Shown piece by piece: positions 37,590 through 48,045 of a DNA stretch of 64,000 nucleotides. How positions within the stretch are numbered: the first letter of the stretch is position 1; the number at the start of each line of letters is the position of its first letter. Both the position numbers and the translations under genes were made by a program. The stretch is from a virus (Duplodnaviria > Caudoviricetes), in the IMG/VR virus record IMGVR_UViG_3300021519_001244, positions 1,749-65,748 of that record, one strand, 5' to 3'. The notes below the pieces were generated by a model. It did no database searches and had not been told where the DNA came from. It was given only the letters and a program-made list of their open reading frames with translations.

Positions 37590-38149
37590 AGCGTACCGTG
37601 TTATTTGGTTTATGTTTAGCAAGTGCTGTGGCCAATGCTGATTGTTATGTTAGGTCAAGTATTAAACTATCAGTTCAACCAGTTAATACAACGCCAACGG
37701 ATATCCAAAAATTAGTGGTGCCCGATGCAAAAGGTTTCAAGTGTGTAATTCGGTACAGAATCCATATCAATGATGATTGGCAGACGGCTGAAGGCATTGG
37801 ATATAATAAAACCGAGGCAGGTGCATGTATACAGGCATTGGAATTACAAAAAGGATTTATCTTAGAAGAAGTTATACCCACTAGAGTCAAGGCAGACACC
37901 CAGATGGTGTGTAGTGACTTAATTGATATTAAGGTACGTCCGGTTAAAGTTGGAGAAACTATTTGGGATTCTGAAGCAGATATGCACAGACACCCAGCTG
38001 AGAGAAAGCCGTTTAATTATAAAGGTACTGTATGCAGGATGTTTACAGAACGAAACGACAAGGACCGAAATTTGTATACGTACCAAGGTATCATGTGTCG
38101 CACTACATCACAGCCAGATTCAAAATGGCGTGTGATTGACAAGTATTGA
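37586..38149 (+). CDS. secreted Cys-containing protein
   Basis: Signal peptide ending ANA; six Cys in the mature part. Confidence 0.7.
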   Translation: MKRTVLFGLCLASAVANADCYVRSSIKLSVQPVNTTPTDIQKLVVPDAKGFKCVIRYRIHINDDWQTAEGIGYNKTEAGACIQALELQKGFILEEVIPTRVKADTQMVCSDLIDIKVRPVKVGETIWDSEADMHRHPAERKPFNYKGTVCRMFTERNDKDRNLYTYQGIMCRTTSQPDSKWRVIDKY

Positions 38150-38197
38150 TTTTTGTAGTAAACTGTAGTTATTGTAACCAAACCAAAAGGTGATAAA

Positions 38198-38887
38198 ATG
38201 AAGAAGTTAGCGATTGTAGTAGCTGTAGCAAGTGTGTTGAGTGCATGTGGAACCACTGGTGGTTCTTCAAATTATACAGCTCAACTTGAGAAACAGGCCG
38301 AGCGCACTGAAAAGCAGATGAAAATGGCTATCAGCGAAGCTCCCGAGTGGATGACTAAACTGCCCAAGAGTGCCAATGCAGTATTTGAAAATGGTACATC
38401 TACCAGCATTGATATGTCCATGGCAGATTTGAAGGCCAAGACTATTGCGTATGCTAAAATTTGTACTGCCGCAGGTGGTAAAGTTCGTAGCCAAATGAAA
38501 ATGTATAGGGCAGATAACGGGGAAGCCAGCGTAGAGCAATCTGAGTTGACTGTACGTAGCCTGTGTCCGGACATCGACATCACTGGTGTAGAAACTGTGG
38601 AAATGAAGCATGTTTCTGAAGGTAACAGAATCCGTACTTATGTGCTAGTTGCACTTCCAATTGGGCAATCGAATATTCTTAAATCTACCAAGGATGCAGA
38701 AAAACGTGCTCCGGAAGCATTTAGGGAATTAGATACTATCACTAACCCAAGATCAGCACCGGTTGTTACGCCCACCCAGGAACGTGGCATTACCTTGATG
38801 CCTGTGGACAACGAAGAATACAAGCGCAAGCGCGATGAAGCTCTACAGAAGCCTGGTGCAGTAGTGGGACAAGCAGTAATTCGTTAA
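38198..38887 (+). CDS. lipoprotein, LPP20-like
   Basis: Lipobox LSAC, APEWM, MADLKA..A, RTYVLV. Confidence 0.65.
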   Translation: MKKLAIVVAVASVLSACGTTGGSSNYTAQLEKQAERTEKQMKMAISEAPEWMTKLPKSANAVFENGTSTSIDMSMADLKAKTIAYAKICTAAGGKVRSQMKMYRADNGEASVEQSELTVRSLCPDIDITGVETVEMKHVSEGNRIRTYVLVALPIGQSNILKSTKDAEKRAPEAFRELDTITNPRSAPVVTPTQERGITLMPVDNEEYKRKRDEALQKPGAVVGQAVIR

Positions 38888-38955
38888 TTTTTGGTAGTAA
38901 AAGTGGTACTTTAACGCTTTCACAGTATAGGAGTAAATACTGTGGAGGCGTTAAC

Positions 38956-39444
38956 ATGTCAAGACCCAATCCGATTCGATCAATAATGGAAAGTCCGCTA
39001 CCCAGCATAACGTATCAGCGGCGACTGCAATTTCGTCCAACTTACAAAGATATTAACTACGCATATAAAATTATTAACAGGCATATCTTTAATAATGTAT
39101 TACACAAGCCTGTTATTAAACAAGGCATCAGACGCGATACCTGGGGATTTTGTACCTGGGAATCAGAAAAGCAAAAAACTGGTAGCTGGTGCGTTATTAG
39201 CCTGTCCGATAAATGGTTTTGCCCCCAGTGGTTTATGCAAACTTTAGCCCACGAAATGGTACATCAATACCAGTGGGATAAACTTACCAAAGATACCAGG
39301 GTAGATGCTTACAGCAATCTAAGTGGGGCGCATGGTCCTAGCTTTTTTGAGTGGCGTGAACAATTTGGGTATTACGGACTTGATTTAAAAATAGCCCATG
39401 GACGTCAGCGATGGTTTCTTCATCAAGACTTTGCTAAGTGTTGA
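38956..39444 (+). CDS. SprT-like zinc metalloprotease
   Basis: TLAHEMVHQYQ (HExxH), HGPSF. Confidence 0.8.
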   Translation: MSRPNPIRSIMESPLPSITYQRRLQFRPTYKDINYAYKIINRHIFNNVLHKPVIKQGIRRDTWGFCTWESEKQKTGSWCVISLSDKWFCPQWFMQTLAHEMVHQYQWDKLTKDTRVDAYSNLSGAHGPSFFEWREQFGYYGLDLKIAHGRQRWFLHQDFAKC

Positions 39445-40126
39445 TTGTTTTAGTTCCACGCAGACAAAATATAAATTTTAAATTGCCATTGGTTGTGTCG
39501 GGATTTTCGTGGCTGGGATAAATTCCTTGCTTATTTGCTATTTGCTTTTTAAAGTTTATATCAGACCAACATAGCACCAAACCAAATTGTTCCTGTAGGC
39601 TGACAGCCCACAAACGATAGTATTCTTCCATGTCAACTACAAGCCTATTTAAAGGCAACATCTGCGTATCCCTAAAACTGTAAAACAACAGGCCATTGGG
39701 TTGCAAGCAATCAACGTAACTTTTGATATTGCTGTTAAGTTCGTTAACATCCTTCATCCAATGATCTCCGCGATTGTTGGTCACAATAAAATTAGCAGAC
39801 TTGGGCACATGATTTTTGATGTCTTTACGGTCTGAGACTATAATGGCCTTGGGGTAGAACGTTTTAACCACTGGATGCATTTCAACTACATGTAAGTCGG
39901 GTACAACTTCTTCTAAATAATAACCAGCACTTCCAAATATAGTAGTTGGGCCAGCATTCAAGTTTTGCAGTATAAAATAGTCGTACGGATCAATAATAAA
40001 TTCTGTTGAGTTTTTTCTATTGGTGAGCCAATACTGATGCTTTAGCCTTCCCATACGAAATCTTTTATATTGCGTTATCCAACTTTGACTTAGATCAGGA
40101 ACGTGGAGGTTATCTACGTATTTCAT
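39434..40126 (-). CDS. hypothetical protein, possible methyltransferase-like fold
   Basis: CLQPNGLLFYSF motif; start inferred from ATGA-type coupling. Confidence 0.55.
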   Translation of the reverse strand: MKYVDNLHVPDLSQSWITQYKRFRMGRLKHQYWLTNRKNSTEFIIDPYDYFILQNLNAGPTTIFGSAGYYLEEVVPDLHVVEMHPVVKTFYPKAIIVSDRKDIKNHVPKSANFIVTNNRGDHWMKDVNELNSNIKSYVDCLQPNGLLFYSFRDTQMLPLNRLVVDMEEYYRLWAVSLQEQFGLVLCWSDINFKKQIANKQGIYPSHENPDTTNGNLKFIFCLRGTKTINT

Positions 40127-40659
40127 GCAGTAATCCAAAATATTTGATCGGGTATTACCCATGTAAAGTATGTGCCATCTTCAAAGTAGTTGTGTGATAA
40201 GTTAACTACATTGCCATTGATGTTTTGTGTTAGCCATTCGTGTATGGCCGTGGGGTAGCTATCCGCTAGTGCAGCGTCATGATAACTATTATCGATGTTG
40301 ATATACGTTCTATTTAAACACACCAATATATCCTTATCACAGTTAAGGTAGTTAGTTAACTGTGCAACAATTTCTGGACACGGCAATCTACTGAATCTTT
40401 GATCTGTTATTAATAAAGTGTCGGCTAGTTCTATATATTCTGTCACAGGAAACGTAACATCTGTGAATGTTTCGTTATCTTTGATGATATAAACTGGACC
40501 AGTAGAGTTAAAATACAAAAAGTCGTTTATAGTCTTCTCTCGTCTCATACCAACCTTCTCAGTAAAAAAGTTTAATTGAACTTGTTTATAGTTGCGGTGC
40601 CAGCGATATACTCGCTGTCCGTTTTCTACAACAATGTTCTTACCTGTTAAAGTTTTCAT
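40123..40659 (-). CDS. hypothetical protein
   Basis: Coupled ORF in minus-strand operon. Confidence 0.6.
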   Translation of the reverse strand: MKTLTGKNIVVENGQRVYRWHRNYKQVQLNFFTEKVGMRREKTINDFLYFNSTGPVYIIKDNETFTDVTFPVTEYIELADTLLITDQRFSRLPCPEIVAQLTNYLNCDKDILVCLNRTYINIDNSYHDAALADSYPTAIHEWLTQNINGNVVNLSHNYFEDGTYFTWVIPDQIFWITA

Positions 40660-41209
40660 TTTGTTCTTTCCATGTTTTATGGAGTAATTCAACTTGCTTT
40701 ATATCAAAGGGTATAGAGTGCATGATACAAAATTCTTCAAAATCAAGTAGAAATTGTTTTGTATTAAAAATATTGCTAATATCAAATTGCCTTGGGAACG
40801 TAAAACTCTGATTCCAGTTTGCACACATTTGAGCATACTCTGCATCAAAGTTATCTTGGTTGATGTTAAGTTGACTGCATAAATGTTTAAGAATTTCTGG
40901 TCGATGCAATGCGCCAAATCTGCTACTTAATTTAGTCAGCGTATCTATATTGCTACATAGGATACGTATAGTTCGGTCTGGGTGTTGCAATGAAAAGTTG
41001 GTATCGTGCGAACTTAGAAATGCTGTACTGTTATGGTTATTTATATAGGTTAATTTTTCGTCGTCGGTCATCTGCCAGAATTTTTTTAATAGTACAAATT
41101 CCTTTTTTACAGTTACAGCGACATAAATAGATTCTAGTTGGGTTGGGTTCAAACAGCTAACAAAGAAGTCTCCAGCCATTCCACCTAAATACAAAACAAT
41201 AGTTGACAT
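40640..41209 (-). CDS. hypothetical protein (possible sulfotransferase/P-loop-like N-terminus)
   Basis: VLYLGGMAGDF, SSH; weak. Confidence 0.55.
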   Translation of the reverse strand: MSTIVLYLGGMAGDFFVSCLNPTQLESIYVAVTVKKEFVLLKKFWQMTDDEKLTYINNHNSTAFLSSHDTNFSLQHPDRTIRILCSNIDTLTKLSSRFGALHRPEILKHLCSQLNINQDNFDAEYAQMCANWNQSFTFPRQFDISNIFNTKQFLLDFEEFCIMHSIPFDIKQVELLHKTWKEQNENFNR

Positions 41210-41260
41210 AATAGTATTATATAGTATACACTAAGAACTTACAACTTTTTAAGGACCGTA

Positions 41261-41854
41261 ATGCCAAATTTTATTCCCACAGTACTCGAAAAAACCAGTA
41301 ACGGAGAACGTGCATATGACATCTACAGTCGTTTACTCAAGGACCGTATCCTTATGCTTGACCACGATGTAAATGAACATTCAAGTAGCCTTTTAGTTGC
41401 TCAATTTCTATTTTTAGAGTCAGAAGATCCAGAAAAAGACATCTACTTTTACATTAATAGCCCCGGCGGCAGCGTTACAGCGGGAATGGCCATTTATGAT
41501 GTTATGCAATTTATCAAGCCCAATGTTAGCACTATTGTAATGGGGCAGGCATGCAGTATGGGGTCGCTATTGGCACAAGCCGGTGCTCCGGGTAAACGAT
41601 TGATATTGCCAAATGCCCGCCATATGATACATCAACCCTCTGGTGGTGCCCAGGGACAAGCAACGGATATCCAAATCCAAGCCCAAGAAATCATGAAGAT
41701 GAAGAAATACCTAACTGAAATTTATGTTACTCATAACAGCGCAGGTAAAACATTTGAAGAACTGTCGCAGGGCATGGAACGTGACTTCTTTATGAGCGCC
41801 GATGAAGCAGTTGCATACGGATTGGCAGACGAGGTTATTAGTAAAAGACAATAA
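41261..41854 (+). CDS. clpP: ATP-dependent Clp protease proteolytic subunit
   Basis: [24 protein letters not shown] (Ser), MIHQP (His), ERD (Asp). Confidence 0.96.
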   Translation: MPNFIPTVLEKTSNGERAYDIYSRLLKDRILMLDHDVNEHSSSLLVAQFLFLESEDPEKDIYFYINSPGGSVTAGMAIYDVMQFIKPNVSTIVMGQACSMGSLLAQAGAPGKRLILPNARHMIHQPSGGAQGQATDIQIQAQEIMKMKKYLTEIYVTHNSAGKTFEELSQGMERDFFMSADEAVAYGLADEVISKRQ

Positions 41855-41930
41855 TCAATACTTATAAATGTTGCATCGCCAGGTATAAGTACTAGTAGAA
41901 ACCATGAGTCATTATACCCGGAGAGATGCA

Positions 41931-42053
41931 ATGTTTAACAAGATTATTGATACAATTTTTATGTTTTTAGCAGTATTAGACCAAACACGTAGAGCCGCCG
42001 CATTGGCCAGACGTGGAGACACTCGTCAAGCAAAAGAATTAATGAAAACTTAA
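41931..42053 (+). CDS. small hypothetical protein (40 aa)
   Basis: GGAG upstream; MFNKIIDTIFMFLAVLDQTRRAAALARRG. Confidence 0.5.
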   Translation: MFNKIIDTIFMFLAVLDQTRRAAALARRGDTRQAKELMKT

Positions 42054-42081
42054 TACCTATCACAGTAATAAATACTGTGTT

Positions 42082-43017
42082 ATGAAATTTTTTGAACTAG
42101 AAACCAAACGCGAAACTGCTCCTATTGTTTACATAGATATGGATGGTGTTCTTGCTGATTTTTTTGGCGAAGTAGCACGTGAGCATGGCGTTAATTACTG
42201 GCGCGAAATACACCGCCAAGAAATAGCAATTGAACAAACAGCCAAAAAACCTGGCTTTTTCTTAAATTTACCCCCAATGCCCAATGCCGCAAGTTTTATC
42301 CGCGGAGTAAAGCATTTGGCTAGCAAGTTTAGTATACTGAGCAGTCCGTTACAAAGCAACGTAGAACAAAGTAGCCAAGAGAAATCGCAGTGGCTACAAA
42401 ATCACATGAAAAATATACAGCCACAGTCGGTTATATTTGATCATGAAAAGTTTAAGTTTGCCAAACAAGCAAACGGCACCCCAAACATACTAATTGATGA
42501 TTTTGATACTAATATAAATCTGTGGATATCCAATGGCGGCATCGGTATACTACACGTGGACAAAGAGTATCAACAGTCTCTACAACAGTTAAAAAAAGCA
42601 TTGCATGGCGATCTTGAACAAGAAGTTAGATTGGCCGTAAAAGAAGAGTCAGATGAAATTGCCAGCAATCTGCAGAAAAACAAATTATATACTGCACGGC
42701 AAGTATTAAAGTACGTGCAAGGCATACATAAAGACTATCATTTGCCCAAGCCTATATTAAAATACAAAACTTGGGTATTAATTGACGTGTCAGTGGACAG
42801 CCTTAAGACCCCAGAATTTGTGCACCAAGATGATCCTTATCGTAGAGTAATAGATATTGATTGGGATCATGTACAAGAAATACCACGGTGGGATATATTA
42901 AACAGGCCAGTTGTCATTGACGACAACGGCTGGGTATTAGATGGAAACCATAGAGCAACAGCGGCACGAGCTGCCGGCATAGACGTTATACCAGCATTAG
43001 CACCTTACCAGGATTAA
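42082..43017 (+). CDS. HAD 5'(3')-deoxyribonucleotidase-like domain fused to a ParB/Srx-like domain
   Basis: DMDGVLADF, ILSS, K, LIDD; C-terminal RPVVID..VLDGNHRATAA. Confidence 0.8.
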   Translation: MKFFELETKRETAPIVYIDMDGVLADFFGEVAREHGVNYWREIHRQEIAIEQTAKKPGFFLNLPPMPNAASFIRGVKHLASKFSILSSPLQSNVEQSSQEKSQWLQNHMKNIQPQSVIFDHEKFKFAKQANGTPNILIDDFDTNINLWISNGGIGILHVDKEYQQSLQQLKKALHGDLEQEVRLAVKEESDEIASNLQKNKLYTARQVLKYVQGIHKDYHLPKPILKYKTWVLIDVSVDSLKTPEFVHQDDPYRRVIDIDWDHVQEIPRWDILNRPVVIDDNGWVLDGNHRATAARAAGIDVIPALAPYQD

Positions 43018-43019
43018 TT

Positions 43020-44180
43020 ATGAGAGCAAGAGAATTTGTTATTAAAGAAAGCACAGGATTTAAAGTTAAGAATGGTTTAACTTATCTATCGTTGGACCAG
43101 TTGATCCAACAACAGAAACCCGAGCCCGAAGTTGATGAAGCAATTGGATTAAATGCTCCGCATCGTCGTGTGCCCGATGCCGAACTGCAAGATTATCTGG
43201 GTCGTGTTAAAAATAAAGACAAGAGCAACAAAAGTGATTACTATACTAAACCACATGTACATGCATCTAGTTTAAAATACTCAGACAATGGCACTGAAAT
43301 TGATATGGAGTCAGTGCGTCAGATTATTACTAAACGACCAACTGAACTTCTAAAGCAAAATAAGAAGCTGGAGCACAGCGGTGGTCATGGAGAAGTATCA
43401 TTTAATACAGGATTGCCAGCATTAAAAGGTTTATGTGTCGATGAAGATACCGGCGAGTTTATATTTGTAGATACTTGTCCCGGTGCAGGTGGCTGTCAGT
43501 CATACTGCTATGTCAAAGGCGGCTTCTATATCATGTTCAAAGGACCCTGGGAAAAGATGAGCCAGACCCTGAACTTTTTGCTTAACGATCCTGCTGGGTT
43601 TGAAGAGCAAATGGCATCTGAGATTGAAACGTTACGTGCAGAATATGAAGCACCACCAGCCTGGCAGATCAGTATCAGATGGCATGATTCCGGAGACTTC
43701 TTTAGTCCGGAATATATGGATATGGCTGTACGTATTGCAAAACGTTTCCCATCGGTGAAGTTTTATGCTTATACCAAGATGGGTTCCGCGGCAGCGGCAC
43801 AGTTACCCGATAACTTTATAATCAACTGGAGTGAGGGTGCTAAACCTGAACAACGTAAGATTATTAAGATACATCAGCAAACAACTGGCAAGCCTATTAA
43901 AAAGAGTGAAGTAGTACCAAAAGAGATGTTCTCAAAAATGTTGATTAAAGATGCAGGGAAACAATGGCAATGGAAGTCGCCGGAAATATATGATGCATTT
44001 AAAAATTCTTTAGCGGCAAAATATAAGATTCAACCGGATACTATATTGACGTATGACCAGATGGAAAAGACTCCAATTGGCACAGAACCAAAATGGAATG
44101 TTATTGTAAAACCCGGTGGCGACGGAGATACCAGTGCTAATCGTAGAGACGTAATAGGTACGTATCTACTGTATCATTAA
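43020..44180 (+). CDS. Gp88-like Fe-S/radical-SAM-like protein with N-terminal MRAREF tag
   Basis: TCPGAGGCQSYCY, IRWHDSGDFFS, FYAYTK. Confidence 0.75.
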   Translation: MRAREFVIKESTGFKVKNGLTYLSLDQLIQQQKPEPEVDEAIGLNAPHRRVPDAELQDYLGRVKNKDKSNKSDYYTKPHVHASSLKYSDNGTEIDMESVRQIITKRPTELLKQNKKLEHSGGHGEVSFNTGLPALKGLCVDEDTGEFIFVDTCPGAGGCQSYCYVKGGFYIMFKGPWEKMSQTLNFLLNDPAGFEEQMASEIETLRAEYEAPPAWQISIRWHDSGDFFSPEYMDMAVRIAKRFPSVKFYAYTKMGSAAAAQLPDNFIINWSEGAKPEQRKIIKIHQQTTGKPIKKSEVVPKEMFSKMLIKDAGKQWQWKSPEIYDAFKNSLAAKYKIQPDTILTYDQMEKTPIGTEPKWNVIVKPGGDGDTSANRRDVIGTYLLYH

Positions 44181-44203
44181 AGCAGTTAACTAGGAAATCA
44201 AGA

Positions 44204-45025
44204 ATGAAACAAGTGTTATTATCAATTATATTGCTGTTAAGCACAGTCAGCGCACAAGCATGGACGCAACGGGCCAATGTAGCACCACAGTATTGTGCGG
44301 CCCACGTACCGTTTGGTACACCACAAGTAAAAAAAGCGGACGCGACATTGATTTGCCGCCAGGGTTATTTTTTACTACACGATAACCAAGCTAAGATCCC
44401 AACTTGGGTAGCATGGCAAATACTTCCGCAAAACATCAATGGTTGTGTACCACGTAGCAATGCGTTTGCAACAGACCAAAGTTTACCACAGGGCAAAAGT
44501 GCAACACCTGACGACTATGCCGGGACTGGTTACGATAAGGGACATTTAGCAAACGATGCACATCAATCCTGGGATCAACAAGTAGAATACGAATCATTCT
44601 TGATGACCAACATGAGTCCACAGTTACCTGGGTTAAACAGAGGTATCTGGAAATTGCTTGAAACAGCGACCGGTGCTTGGGGATTTGCTAGACAGCATGA
44701 ATTGATTGTTTATGCCGGTAACGTATATGATGTTACAAAAGATAAAAAGATTGGACCATCACAAGTTGATGTTCCGTATGGTCTCTTTAAAATTGTTATT
44801 GACAAGCAAACTGGTGACACGCTGGCCTTCTTGTTCCCACATAAGGAAAACCAAGGTAACGATTTAACTGTTGTTCAGACCACTGTACAGGCAGTAGAAG
44901 CTGCAACTGGCATTGTGTTTGCTATTCCTAAGGGACATAACAAAGCAGTCAAAGAGCCAATTTGGCCAATTGATTTTAAATCTGTTGCTGTCAATAAGAA
45001 ACAATTATGCAAGGGTGCTGAATAA
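44204..45025 (+). CDS. secreted DNA/RNA non-specific endonuclease (NucA/EndA family)
   Basis: Signal peptide; DY..TGYDKGHLA, ESFLMTNMSPQ..LNRGIW, VP..LFKI. Confidence 0.92.
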   Translation: MKQVLLSIILLLSTVSAQAWTQRANVAPQYCAAHVPFGTPQVKKADATLICRQGYFLLHDNQAKIPTWVAWQILPQNINGCVPRSNAFATDQSLPQGKSATPDDYAGTGYDKGHLANDAHQSWDQQVEYESFLMTNMSPQLPGLNRGIWKLLETATGAWGFARQHELIVYAGNVYDVTKDKKIGPSQVDVPYGLFKIVIDKQTGDTLAFLFPHKENQGNDLTVVQTTVQAVEAATGIVFAIPKGHNKAVKEPIWPIDFKSVAVNKKQLCKGAE

Positions 45026-45028
45026 ATT

Positions 45029-45727
45029 ATGAGAGCTCGCGACTTCGTTAAAAATAATGTGGCCTACCATAGTAGCCTTAATCCGGCTGCATGGGATGGT
45101 ACAGAATTACGTCCCGAAGTCCGCACTCGTTTACTTGAGATAGCCAAGGTGTTTGTTGGATATTTAGACATTCCGGATTTTATAGTAATTGATGTAGTGT
45201 TAACTGGATCAATGACCAATTACAATTATACCAAGTACAGTGATTTTGATATACATGTAGTGACACGCTATTCCGATCTACAATGTGATGACTTGGCAGA
45301 AGCATTGTATCGTGCCAAGAAACAAATCTGGAATGATGCACACGACATAATGATACGTGGACACGAAGCAGAGCTATATGTTGAGGATATTGACCAGCCG
45401 CCGGTGAGCGCAGGCACATTTAGTCTGTTAAAAAACAAATGGATCAAAGAACCAACGCATAATGTGCCTACTGTGGATGATGCTGCCGTTAACGCCAAGG
45501 TACGTGACTTAATTAAACAAATTGATTCAACGTTAAAAACTGCAGATGATCCCGAGGACCTTAAACGTATCATGGATAAACTACGCAAGATGCGTAGATC
45601 CGGATTGGATAGCACAGGTGAATTTGGCGTCGAGAATCTAGCATTTAAAATTTTACGCAATATGGGATACCTGAGTAAAATTAGTAAATCATATCACAAA
45701 CAACAAGATATGGAACTAAGTTTATGA
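45029..45727 (+). CDS. Pol-beta-superfamily nucleotidyltransferase
   Basis: LTGS..NYNY..YSDFDIH, ELYVED; MRARDF N-terminus. Confidence 0.8.
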   Translation: MRARDFVKNNVAYHSSLNPAAWDGTELRPEVRTRLLEIAKVFVGYLDIPDFIVIDVVLTGSMTNYNYTKYSDFDIHVVTRYSDLQCDDLAEALYRAKKQIWNDAHDIMIRGHEAELYVEDIDQPPVSAGTFSLLKNKWIKEPTHNVPTVDDAAVNAKVRDLIKQIDSTLKTADDPEDLKRIMDKLRKMRRSGLDSTGEFGVENLAFKILRNMGYLSKISKSYHKQQDMELSL

Positions 45728-46374
45728 GAGCCAAGGAATTCCTAACCGAAGCGGTGTTTAATATAATTTTTAAGGCACAATTGCCCGACGGTAAACCATA
45801 TCTTAAAAAGTTTAAAATTACAGCACCAGACAAGTATACCGCTTCAGACAAAATTAAAGAAAAATTAGGTAATCTATACGATAAATTATTAAGACCTACA
45901 TTTATATTTGGTGATCAAGAAAAGAAAATCGCACCAGACTATGTTTCAGACAAACTTAAAGGTCTCAAAGAAAGTGAAGCACCTATTAGGCTGTCTGACT
46001 CGTTGGTCAAACCACGGGCCTGGATTGAAAAGGTATATGCACTCTATCCGCAAACTTGGCAAAACAATCATGTCATGCCCATGGGCGGCACCGGCGATGA
46101 CCAGCAATTTGCCATGTTTGAATTAATACCCAGCCTGAGTAAGAAAGATTCTGTAGAGGTCAAATGGTTCCAGGCATATCCATTACGACAAGGTGTGGGT
46201 AGCCGAGCAATGAAAGAGCTACAAGAGTTAGCCAGAACGGATGGGATTGGACTTACATTATTCCCCTGGCAACATGGACAAGTAAGTCAATCTAAACTAA
46301 CCAAGTTCTATAAAGGACAAGGATTTAACCCCATTGTAAAAGGTTCTAAAAATATGCATTGGACTCCGCAATGA
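45724..46374 (+). CDS. protein with C-terminal GNAT acetyltransferase domain
   Basis: RQGVGSRAM (motif A), LTKFYKGQGF; MRAKEFLTE N-terminus. Confidence 0.75.
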   Translation: MRAKEFLTEAVFNIIFKAQLPDGKPYLKKFKITAPDKYTASDKIKEKLGNLYDKLLRPTFIFGDQEKKIAPDYVSDKLKGLKESEAPIRLSDSLVKPRAWIEKVYALYPQTWQNNHVMPMGGTGDDQQFAMFELIPSLSKKDSVEVKWFQAYPLRQGVGSRAMKELQELARTDGIGLTLFPWQHGQVSQSKLTKFYKGQGFNPIVKGSKNMHWTPQ

Positions 46375-46532
46375 CTATCAAATCTTTACAAACTCAACTA
46401 AGTATTGATTTAGTTAACATAGAAGATTTGGCTTATTTAGAACCGGATCAATTAAAAATGGTAGAGGATGCATATCAGAAAGTATATGATATGTTATCAG
46501 AGTTAAACAAGAAGCAGGATACCCCCAAGTGA
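46371..46532 (+). CDS. small hypothetical protein (53 aa)
   Basis: ATGA overlap; fills gap. Confidence 0.5.
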   Translation: MTIKSLQTQLSIDLVNIEDLAYLEPDQLKMVEDAYQKVYDMLSELNKKQDTPK

Positions 46533-46700
46533 ATGGCCACTGTATGGGCATTATTTTTAATATGGGGGCAGTTAAATCCCACATTGAACTACTTGGCTAC
46601 ATACAAGGATGAAGCAGTTTGTAAGCAGGCAGTAAAAGAATTACAAGACAGTAAATTAAAGAGTGTATGTATACCCATGCAACCAGAGAATAAAAAATGA
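46533..46700 (+). CDS. small hypothetical protein (55 aa)
   Basis: Hydrophobic N-terminus, two Cys; ATGA overlap with next gene. Confidence 0.5.
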   Translation: MATVWALFLIWGQLNPTLNYLATYKDEAVCKQAVKELQDSKLKSVCIPMQPENKK

Positions 46701-47359
46701 GAGCAAACGAAATCACAACTGAAGCCCCGTTGCCGCCCGATTGGGATGAGAAACAATATCAGCCTGGGTCATCATTCAAAGCACGGTTGGCCTATGCTTT
46801 AGATCGTGCTAAAAAATTAGGTGCAGGATCTAGTCGTGTTGCTGTAACTATAGAATATCAAGGTCGTCCAACTGTATTAAAGATCGCAAAAAACACCCGA
46901 GGGGTGGGACAAAATGGTGCAGAGGCAAGTATACTAAATGATGGATATGCCAGGCAGATGGGTATTCTTATTCCGCTGATAGACTACGATAAACAAAATC
47001 CTCAACCTACTTGGATCCAGACTGAGTTAGCACAACGAGCATCCAAGAAGCAACTGTGTGCTATTATGAAATGTGATACTTTGGTACAATTGGTGGCAAT
47101 GGCTCGTGCTATCAAAGGGGTCGGAAAGTATCAACAAAATTATGCCGACTTTGTAAAATCTCGATTAACTCACAAGTCCGAACAGGATATTGAGACAATG
47201 ACAGAATATGCCGATAAATTAGCAGATTTAGATAGTCAGTTTGATGTCCTAATAAGTGATTTAAGCAGAGAGGCTAATTGGGGGATTTATCAAGGTAATC
47301 CGGTCATAATTGATGTGGGATATACCAGCAACGTAAGTAAGCAATATTACTCAAGATGA
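46697..47359 (+). CDS. protein-kinase-like fold protein
   Basis: LGAGSSRVAV (Gly loop), VLKIAK, NGAE, DLSREANWG (catalytic-loop-like), VIIDVG; MRANEITTE N-terminus. Confidence 0.7.
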   Translation: MRANEITTEAPLPPDWDEKQYQPGSSFKARLAYALDRAKKLGAGSSRVAVTIEYQGRPTVLKIAKNTRGVGQNGAEASILNDGYARQMGILIPLIDYDKQNPQPTWIQTELAQRASKKQLCAIMKCDTLVQLVAMARAIKGVGKYQQNYADFVKSRLTHKSEQDIETMTEYADKLADLDSQFDVLISDLSREANWGIYQGNPVIIDVGYTSNVSKQYYSR

Positions 47360-48045
47360 AAGCAAACGAAATTATAACCGAAGGTTTAAGTCATCCTATC
47401 ATATGTGTGGATGTTCAGCCTGAGTACAGTGGTATGAACGACGGTGATGAAAATTCCGTATTTCCGGAGATCATTAACTTTGTCAATAAACAAACTGGTC
47501 CAGTATTAATGTTTGTCAATGCCGAAGATCAGGGACTAAGCGGAGATACTGTTCAAAGCATAAAGCAATATTGGGATGATACTATTTGTCCCGAAGATGA
47601 ACGATATACATATAACGACGAAACAGAAGAACACGATGAAAATCCCGATTGTCCCAAGATAAATTGGCAACGATTCACAATAGTAGACAAAGGGTATGGT
47701 TATTTTAGAGCCTGGATGGATCAAAACGTCAATCCTGCTACTATCATCAAAGTAATTAGATTCATGTATCAGAGTAAAGTAACCGACAGCAGAGAATTAT
47801 TTGGTGGGGAGAATGAGGAAGATTACGCAGAAAACATGCAGAAACTCGTTGGCCCTGAGTTTGACTATTGGATGTTGAGTGACGCAATATCGGTTAATTG
47901 GACCAGTATCGCACAATTAAGGCGATTCAATGGTGCATATCTAGTAGGTGGTGGGCGAAATGAATGTTTACAAGAAGTTGAATTACTCATGTCTGCATTT
48001 AATGTTAAATACAAGAGAATAGATAGATTAGTATACGGACAATGA
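47356..48045 (+). CDS. isochorismatase/cysteine-hydrolase-like protein
   Basis: IICVDVQ, DKGYG, LVGGGRNECL; MKANEIITE N-terminus. Confidence 0.6.
   Translation: MKANEIITEGLSHPIICVDVQPEYSGMNDGDENSVFPEIINFVNKQTGPVLMFVNAEDQGLSGDTVQSIKQYWDDTICPEDERYTYNDETEEHDENPDCPKINWQRFTIVDKGYGYFRAWMDQNVNPATIIKVIRFMYQSKVTDSRELFGGENEEDYAENMQKLVGPEFDYWMLSDAISVNWTSIAQLRRFNGAYLVGGGRNECLQEVELLMSAFNVKYKRIDRLVYGQ

Noticed and set aside
46190-46204. CAAGGTGTGG match to the GVAEG linker word
   Set aside because: Encodes QGVGS, the GNAT acetyl-CoA-binding motif, not a linker
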